Assembly (NCBI GenBank): GCA_965371515.1
Contig: CBDUYR010000063.1
Location: forward strand, 1 to 12,913
Direction of reading: 5' to 3'
Source of the DNA: an uncultured bacterium
GTDB taxonomy: Bacteria > Krumholzibacteriota > Krumholzibacteriia > Krumholzibacteriales > Krumholzibacteriaceae
DNA length: 12,913 nucleotides
The notes under the pieces: generated by a model
Database searches by the model: none
The model's input: only the letters and a program-made list of their open reading frames with translations
What the model was told of the DNA's origin: nothing
Part shown: piece after piece, positions 7,518 through 12,913 of the stretch
How the letters are laid out: every line of letters begins with the position of its first letter
Position numbering within the stretch: position 1 is the first letter of the stretch
Made by a program: the position numbers and the translations under genes

Positions 7518-8345
7518 TGTCCGGGAAGCCGTGTGCCTGGCCAGCAGCGCCAGCGCGGCGAGCAGAATGATTATCGAAACGGCAAGTCCGACGGCGTCAG
7601 GCGACGACCACTCGAAGTCCTGTATCGTCTCCTCGCTGATGCCGTTGAGCCTGTAGAGGGAGAAGAGGTTGAAGAGGGCGTGTATAATCACGGTGTACGT
7701 GAGCACGCCCGTCCTGTAGAAGACATACGCGAGGATGATTCCGAGGAGAGTCACCCCGGGGATGACGTAGAGCACTCCGTGGGAGATGCCGAAAACGAGG
7801 GCGGAGAAGAGGATGGCGGCCGCCGCGGCCATGTTCCTGTGGAAGATGCTCTGTATCACGCCCCTGAAGAGAATTTCCTCGCCGAGAGGGGTTATTATGC
7901 CGAGCCCGAGCGCCATCGCGGCGAAGTGCCAGACCCCTTTGGGCTTGAACGCGAGAAGAATGTTGATATAATCGGAGTCCACCGCCCGCCCCCGTCTGAA
8001 CAGCCATGAGAGCGCGTCGACGGGGTAGATAGAAGCCGCCGCGATGACGATCACGAGAGCAGCCGTAGCGGCGTCCGGGACGAGCAGCCTGAACTCACCG
8101 GTGAAGCTCAGGCGATACCTTTTGGTAATTATCATCAGGGGAAGGATATAGCCGAATATCCCTGGCAGGATCACCGACAGGACGACATTCCCGTTGAGAT
8201 AGAGGATCCCCAGAAGGGACGAGGCCATCAGATAGCAGGCGAAGGCATAGACGAGCAAGATCCAGTTGTTCATCCTGCCGAAAAGGCCCGGCTCGCCGGC
8301 GGGCTCTTCCCCTTCGGGGCCGTATTCTTTGTTCCTCTCTTCCAC
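7515..8345 (-). CDS. CPBP family (CAAX protease type II / Abi) intramembrane glutamic endopeptidase
   Basis: Multiple hydrophobic TM segments and the three family motifs EEILFRG, FGISH and HALFN. The start is GTG 8345 or the downstream ATG 8273. Confidence 0.92.
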   Translation of the reverse strand: MEERNKEYGPEGEEPAGEPGLFGRMNNWILLVYAFACYLMASSLLGILYLNGNVVLSVILPGIFGYILPLMIITKRYRLSFTGEFRLLVPDAATAALVIVIAAASIYPVDALSWLFRRGRAVDSDYINILLAFKPKGVWHFAAMALGLGIITPLGEEILFRGVIQSIFHRNMAAAAAILFSALVFGISHGVLYVIPGVTLLGIILAYVFYRTGVLTYTVIIHALFNLFSLYRLNGISEETIQDFEWSSPDAVGLAVSIIILLAALALLARHTASRT

Positions 8346-8353
8346 GGGGATTG

Positions 8354-8382
8354 ACTATATCGCCGGCCGGAAGGCCGGGCAA
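8354..8382 (-). promoter_or_regulatory. Putative sigma70 promoter for the CPBP protease gene
   Basis: On the minus strand, -35 TTGCCC (8382-8377), a 17-nt spacer and -10 TATAGT (8359-8354). Confidence 0.6.
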
Positions 8383-8396
8383 GCGGAAAGGGTGTC

Positions 8397-9095
8397 ATGA
8401 TAAAGCTCATCATCTTCGATCTCGACAACACACTGACCGACTTCATGAGGATGAAGGACGAATCTATCAACGCCGCGATCAGGTCGATGATCGACGCGGG
8501 GCTCGATTTTCCCGAGAAAAAGATCCACAAGGAGATCTACAGGATATACGACGAGGAGGGGATCGAATACCAGAAGGTCTTCAACAAGCTCCTTACAGAC
8601 CTGATAGGCAATGTCGACTACCGCATCCTCGCCGCGGGGATAGTCGGTTACAGGAAGGCCCGCGAGGCGGCGCTCGTCCTCTACCCGCACGTCAATCGCA
8701 CCCTGCTCACTCTGCTCAAAAAGGGCCTCAAGCTCGCCGTCATCTCCGACGCTCCGAGGCAGGAGGCCTGGATGCGGCTCTGCTACCTCGGGCTCCACCA
8801 CATGTTCGACACGGTCATCGCTTTCGAGGACACGGGCGAGCGCAAACCGAGCCCTGTGCCCTTCCGCCTCACGCTCGAGCGCATCGGCATCGAGCCGGAT
8901 GAGGCGCTCATGGTCGGGGACTGGCCCGAGAGGGACATCGCGGGGGCCGCTGAGCTCGGAATACACACGGTCTTCGCCAGGTACGGGGATACTTTCGGGA
9001 CGAGAGAATCGGGAGCGGAATACGAGATAAGCGACATATTCAAGCTCGTCGGCATCGTCGACGAACTGAACGGGGAACAGCAGGAGAGGGAATGA
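8397..9095 (+). CDS. HAD-superfamily subfamily IA hydrolase (phosphatase)
   Basis: Motif I IIFDLDNTL, motif II VISDA, motif III KPSP and motif IV MVGDWPERDIAGA. SD-like GGAAAGGG lies upstream. Confidence 0.93.
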   Translation: MIKLIIFDLDNTLTDFMRMKDESINAAIRSMIDAGLDFPEKKIHKEIYRIYDEEGIEYQKVFNKLLTDLIGNVDYRILAAGIVGYRKAREAALVLYPHVNRTLLTLLKKGLKLAVISDAPRQEAWMRLCYLGLHHMFDTVIAFEDTGERKPSPVPFRLTLERIGIEPDEALMVGDWPERDIAGAAELGIHTVFARYGDTFGTRESGAEYEISDIFKLVGIVDELNGEQQERE

Positions 9096-9096
9096 C

Positions 9097-10668
9097 ATGC
9101 ACGTCGTGACGAATGAACAGATGAGGCTCCTCGACGAGGAGACGATCAAGAGGTTCGAGCCGGGACTGACCCTGATGGAGAGGGCCGGCCAGGGGATAAC
9201 AGACGCGATCTTCGAGCTCGCCGGCGGCGCGGAGAACCTCTGCGTCTCGATCTTTCTCGGCCGCGGCAACAATGCCGGCGACGGGCTCGTCGTGGCGAGG
9301 CTGCTCGCCGCCGAGGGCGTCAAGTGTACATTGTTCTACCTGCACGAGCCGAAGGACTTCTCCCCCGACGCCTTCAAGAACTACGCGAAGCTGTCGAGAT
9401 TACGCAAGACGGGCGCGATAGAGGAGGTCACCCTGTATCTCCAGGGATGGGAGGACAAGGTCATAAAGGGATTCGCCGAGTGCGACCTGATCGTCGACGC
9501 GCTTCTCGGGACTGGGATCAACAGCCCCATCAGGGATAACTACGCTGAGATCATCGGGCTTATCAACCATTCGAGGCTTCCCGTAATGGCGGTCGACATC
9601 CCCTCAGGCGTCAACGGGACGACAGGAGAGGTGATGGGAACGGCCGTGATGGCCGACATCACCGTGACGATGGCTCTCCCGAAGACCGGTTCGATATTCT
9701 ATCCGGGCAAAGCGTTCACCGGATCGCTAGAAGTGGTCGATATAGGCATCCCGGAAGAGGTGATCGAGGCCGCGGGGATCGACACGTGGGTCCTCGACGA
9801 TATGGCCGCGCTGGCCGATATGCCCCAGCACAGCCCCGAGGCGCACAAGTTCGAGAGGGGAGCCCTGCTCGTCGTCGCCGGGAGCACGAGATATGCGGGT
9901 GCGGCCTGCCTTTCGGCAGTCTCGGCCCTGAGGACCGGCTGCGGGATCGTATATCTCGCCGGCCCCGAGTCTATACGTACCGTCGTCCAGACGGCGTATC
10001 CCGAGATCATATTCGTTTCCCTGGCCGAGACGGATTCCGGCTCGATAGCCGGATCTGCGATCGACATGATCTTCAATGAGATAAAATTCGACGCGGCCGC
10101 GATAGGGCCGGGGCTTACGGTCGAGGAAGAGACAGCGCAGTTCGTGCGCGACTTCGTCTCCCGCTGCGAGAAGCCGCTGCTCATAGATGCCGATGGAATA
10201 AATGCATACGAAGGACGCTACGACGAGCTGAAATCGCTGGCTGAGGGCAGGGGCATCATACTCTCCCCCCACTCGGGGGAGCTGAAGAAACTGACCGGCA
10301 TCGACGTGCCGACAGGGCCGGACGAGAGGGCGGATGCCCTGAGGAAGCTCGTCTCCGGCACGGGGATCACGCTCGTCCACAAAGGGGCTCCGACCATCAT
10401 CGCGCATGCGGGCGGGCGGATCGACGTCAACGTCCACGGCCATCCCGGGCTCGCCACGGCCGGCAGCGGAGATGTCCTGACGGGGGCGATCGCCGGATTG
10501 CTGGCGCAGGGCGCTGCGCCGGACGAAGCGGCGCGAGCCGGAGTCTATATCCATTCGAGGGCTGCCGAGATAGCCGCCGAACTGACCGGCGAGCGTGGTA
10601 TGATAGCGGGCGACTGCTCCGACTCCCTGCCGATGGCTGTCAGGGAGCTCGAGGAGCTCACGCCATAA
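9097..10668 (+). CDS. nnr: Bifunctional NAD(P)H-hydrate epimerase / ADP-dependent NAD(P)H-hydrate dehydratase (YjeF/Nnr)
   Basis: YjeF_N motifs LMERAG, GRGNNAGDG, DALLGTG and VDIPSG. Dehydratase motifs HK..RG..LVVAGS..Y.GAA, AIGPGL, IDADG, SPHSGE, KGAPT and LATAGSGDVLTG. Starts 1 nt after the HAD stop. Confidence 0.96.
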   Translation: MHVVTNEQMRLLDEETIKRFEPGLTLMERAGQGITDAIFELAGGAENLCVSIFLGRGNNAGDGLVVARLLAAEGVKCTLFYLHEPKDFSPDAFKNYAKLSRLRKTGAIEEVTLYLQGWEDKVIKGFAECDLIVDALLGTGINSPIRDNYAEIIGLINHSRLPVMAVDIPSGVNGTTGEVMGTAVMADITVTMALPKTGSIFYPGKAFTGSLEVVDIGIPEEVIEAAGIDTWVLDDMAALADMPQHSPEAHKFERGALLVVAGSTRYAGAACLSAVSALRTGCGIVYLAGPESIRTVVQTAYPEIIFVSLAETDSGSIAGSAIDMIFNEIKFDAAAIGPGLTVEEETAQFVRDFVSRCEKPLLIDADGINAYEGRYDELKSLAEGRGIILSPHSGELKKLTGIDVPTGPDERADALRKLVSGTGITLVHKGAPTIIAHAGGRIDVNVHGHPGLATAGSGDVLTGAIAGLLAQGAAPDEAARAGVYIHSRAAEIAAELTGERGMIAGDCSDSLPMAVRELEELTP

Positions 10669-10684
10669 TGAGAGAGGGGTCCCC

Positions 10685-11524
10685 GTGAAAAGATTCGGCT
10701 GCAAATTTATCCTGGCAACCATCCTGTTTATTGCAGTTTCCGGTTCCGCGACGGCTCAGACATTCATGTTCAAGAACATACCGAAAGACAGGCCGCAGAT
10801 CGGAATACGGTTCCTGAGGCCGAGTTTAAAAAGCGACAGTGACTTGAGCGCTTTTTCCGGCATCTATGATGTTACGCTCAGCCTTGCGGTCAACGAAAAA
10901 TGGAGTATCGATGCTTCATTCCCTTATACAAAGGTCTCCTTCGGTGAGAACGGTGACTCTAACGGTTACATGGGTAACGTTTACGCAGGTCTGCAGCACA
11001 TCAGCAAGAAGGGGAACAGGAGCACCATATTCTCATTCGGTGCGTTTATGCCGACAGGTGAAGATGCTTTGGAGCATATGATCTTCGGCATGCTCACCAA
11101 TTATGAGGACATGTTCAAATACTATCCCGAAGCCTGGACTCTCTATGGCAACTTTGCTTATTTCGACATCAAGAAAGGCGGAGCGAGGCTGGGCCTGGAA
11201 ATCGGCCCGGATCTGTTGATTCCGTCGGGGGATGACAATGATGATCCTGAATTCCTCATGCATTACGGGCTCACCGCCGGGTACCAGGGAGAGAGTTTCG
11301 CAGCCATCACCGAGCTGATCGGCCTGGCGTGGCTGACCGAAGATTTCGATGAATCCAGCGACCGCTTCGCGCATTCGATCAATTTCGGAGTGAGTTATGT
11401 CAGCGAGCACTTCCAGCCCGGTGTGTTCTACAAGATATACTTCAAGGATGACTTCAGGGATGTAGTCGACGGAGTCCTCGGGGTCAACCTGGAATTCACT
11501 CTGCAAGCTGTGCAGTCCCCATAA
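10685..11524 (+). CDS. Secreted hypothetical protein, probable outer-membrane beta-barrel
   Basis: GTG start after GAGAGGGG and a signal peptide ending ATA-Q. Many amphipathic beta-strand-like, aromatic/Gly-rich segments (WSIDASFPY, GNVYAGLQ, IFSFGAFMPTG, HYGLTAGY, SINFGVSY, VLGVNLEF). Confidence 0.7.
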   Translation: MKRFGCKFILATILFIAVSGSATAQTFMFKNIPKDRPQIGIRFLRPSLKSDSDLSAFSGIYDVTLSLAVNEKWSIDASFPYTKVSFGENGDSNGYMGNVYAGLQHISKKGNRSTIFSFGAFMPTGEDALEHMIFGMLTNYEDMFKYYPEAWTLYGNFAYFDIKKGGARLGLEIGPDLLIPSGDDNDDPEFLMHYGLTAGYQGESFAAITELIGLAWLTEDFDESSDRFAHSINFGVSYVSEHFQPGVFYKIYFKDDFRDVVDGVLGVNLEFTLQAVQSP

Positions 11525-11552
11525 GGGACGCGACAAATCCGAGGTGGATGAA

Positions 11553-12314
11553 ATGCCAGGTCAAATAACGGGCTATTACAGTGTGCGCAAAGAGAAGCTC
11601 CTGAAGGATTTTGACAGCACCTCCGAGTTGATGAAAGCCTCGCTTGCCGCGCGCTACGGCAAGGAGTTCGCCGGCACGCTACAGAGAGATGTCCGCCAGG
11701 AATATGAGAAGCTGATCCCGGAGATCCCATACATCAAAGGCCCGCGCGGAAGAATGCTCAACAGCTTCCTTCTCATCACCGCCCAGGAACTCGCGGCCTA
11801 TAAGGCGATGAAGAAACATGGCAAGATGCCTGGAGAGGCATGGGAGCTGTGCCACGAGGCGCTTCGCTTCAGAATGGCGGAGATTCCGCAATGGAAGCGT
11901 TGGCTGATGAGGCGTTTCATGTTTTCTTGCCTTGTGAGAAAGGTTGTGGCGAGACGAGCCCGGAAACAGCAGAAGATTCTTATGGGTGAATTTGAGATCG
12001 AGTATCTCATCGGCGAGAAAGACGAATTCGATTATGGTGTCAATTACCTTCAATGCGGCAATTACAACTTTGTGAAAAACCACGGGGGAGAGGAATTTGC
12101 CCCGTACGTCTGCATGTCAGACATTGCGTTGAGCGAGGCCATGGGGTGGAGCCTCATCCGTACGCAGACGCTTGCCGACGGCTGCGAGCATTGCGATTTC
12201 CGATTCAAAAAGGGGGCAGCAACGCAGATTTCCTCGAAAACGCCTGAAGTGCAGGAATCGATCGAGAGAATACGCAAGAAGGAGACCAGCCAAGGCGCTG
12301 AGGCGGACGGCTGA
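11553..12314 (+). CDS. L-2-amino-thiazoline-4-carboxylic acid hydrolase-family (ATC_hydrolase-like) protein
   Basis: C-terminal signature 'VNYLQC.......G..E..PYVC.SD.......G..L.RTQTLADGCEHCDFRF'. ATG 11553 lies 6 nt after GAGGTG and is preferred to GTG 11544. Confidence 0.82.
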   Translation: MPGQITGYYSVRKEKLLKDFDSTSELMKASLAARYGKEFAGTLQRDVRQEYEKLIPEIPYIKGPRGRMLNSFLLITAQELAAYKAMKKHGKMPGEAWELCHEALRFRMAEIPQWKRWLMRRFMFSCLVRKVVARRARKQQKILMGEFEIEYLIGEKDEFDYGVNYLQCGNYNFVKNHGGEEFAPYVCMSDIALSEAMGWSLIRTQTLADGCEHCDFRFKKGAATQISSKTPEVQESIERIRKKETSQGAEADG

Positions 12315-12343
12315 ACGCCGCCTCTGAGCCTGGCCGTCAGCTC
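12284..12343 (+). mobile_element. attC-like (integron cassette recombination site-like) imperfect hairpin with a non-canonical GAC/GTC core
   Basis: GAGGCGG (12300-12306) pairs with CCGCCTC (12318-12324). GCCA-A-GGC (12289-12296) pairs with GCCTGGC (12328-12334). GAC (12284-12286) pairs with GTC (12336-12338). The right arm has attC spacing: L'-like TCTGAGC, 6-nt spacer CTGGCC, R'-like GTCAGCT. The left arm contains attC-like AAGGC-GCTG. Confidence 0.55.
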
Positions 12344-12363
12344 TTTAAGAGAGTCGTGAGCAA

Positions 12364-12909
12364 TTGGAAACGTTCACCGAACCCAGGGAATTCGTGGAGA
12401 GCACGCGCTACTCACAGGACCGGCGGGATGCTCTCGAAGCGCTGGATCTTCGAACCATCGACGAGCCGCTCGTGGAACTCATCGATGGATTCGCCAGGTT
12501 GCCTAACTGCTTCACCATGCAGAGCTGCTACGGCCACTTCCTGCATGCCCCCGGGCAGGACATTCACAGCCTGGATCCCCTTCCCTCCAGTGATGTCGGA
12601 CCTGTCGACTACAGAATCGCCTACATGGCATTCTGCCTGGAGAACAGTCCGCACGGACGGGCATTGTTTGACGCCCTGTCGCAGATCCCGGAAGGCCTGG
12701 ACCCTGTGCAGTTCGGGTCAGCGGACTGGTTCTGGGAGCGATACCCCAATTCCTACGCGCTGCAGGTAGAACCCACGAGGTTCATGACCAGGGACCGTGT
12801 CGTCGTTGACCACGCAGAAGCGCTGCGCCTCCAGCACAGCAGAGACCTCTTCTTCGGGAGAGTGAAGGAGTTGCTGGAGAGACAACAGAGTGAACACTGT
12901 CGGGGCTGA
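12364..12909 (+). CDS. Hypothetical protein with a TYW3-like N-terminal motif
   Basis: 181 aa with a TTG start. 'IDEPLVELIDGFARLPNCFTMQSCYGH' parallels the TYW3/Taw3 motif D..I..L...IN.....T.SSCSGR. Confidence 0.65.
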   Translation: METFTEPREFVESTRYSQDRRDALEALDLRTIDEPLVELIDGFARLPNCFTMQSCYGHFLHAPGQDIHSLDPLPSSDVGPVDYRIAYMAFCLENSPHGRALFDALSQIPEGLDPVQFGSADWFWERYPNSYALQVEPTRFMTRDRVVVDHAEALRLQHSRDLFFGRVKELLERQQSEHCRG

Positions 12910-12913
12910 CCAG
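12903..12913 (+). other. Possible left end (R''-like box) of a second attC-like site, truncated by the window edge
   Basis: GGGCTGAC contains the stop codon TGA (12907-12909) and is the reverse complement of GTCAGCTC (12336-12343) at 7 of 8 positions. It continues GACCAG, the same hexamer that opens the first hairpin at 12284-12289. Confidence 0.4.

Noticed and set aside
7474..7656. 60-aa plus-strand ORF after the Zn-ribbon gene
   Set aside because: It runs through the terminator and antisense into the CPBP gene, with no SD and no motif.
6611..8345. Mut7-C, small protein and Abi/CPBP gene as a toxin-antitoxin or phage-defence system
   Set aside because: The genes are not co-oriented in an operon, the PIN site looks degenerate, and the 'Abi' name of CPBP proteases does not by itself imply abortive infection.
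8355..10722. Minus-strand ORFs 8355-9323 and 9727-10722
   Set aside because: They lie antisense to the clearly identified HAD and nnr genes and show no family motifs.
12356..12769. Alternative-frame 137-aa ORF overlapping the TYW3-like gene
   Set aside because: Its composition is Arg/Ser/Thr/Pro-rich with no motif, while the overlapping frame carries a recognisable signature.

Overview
This is a GC-rich bacterial chromosomal segment; the gene content suggests an FCB-group organism (inference). 2-6604 is a translationally coupled + strand operon: a 5'-truncated DUF4175-like coiled-coil protein, an exported TPR protein, an exported class I glutamine-amidotransferase-like protein (the family often labelled 'asparagine synthetase B'), and a GNAT-nitroreductase fusion. 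The middle holds a convergent Mut7-C (PIN/Zn-ribbon) gene with an apparently eroded active site, a small standalone Zn-ribbon gene with its own promoter and terminator, and a CPBP/CAAX protease. That protease is divergent from a HAD hydrolase plus the bifunctional NAD(P)HX repair gene nnr. From 10685 the sequence becomes less GC-rich and carries three co-oriented accessory genes: a secreted beta-barrel-like protein, an ATC-hydrolase-family protein and a TYW3-like protein. The most notable signal is an integron attC-like hairpin at about 12284-12343 with GTC/GAC where canonical attC has GTT/AAC. Its right end (GTCAGCTC) is complementary at 7 of 8 positions to the sequence spanning the next gene's stop codon (GGGCTGAC, 12903-12910), as expected for a gene cassette. 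No integrase, tRNA, rRNA or CRISPR array is visible. All family calls come from motif recognition by eye, not database searches.
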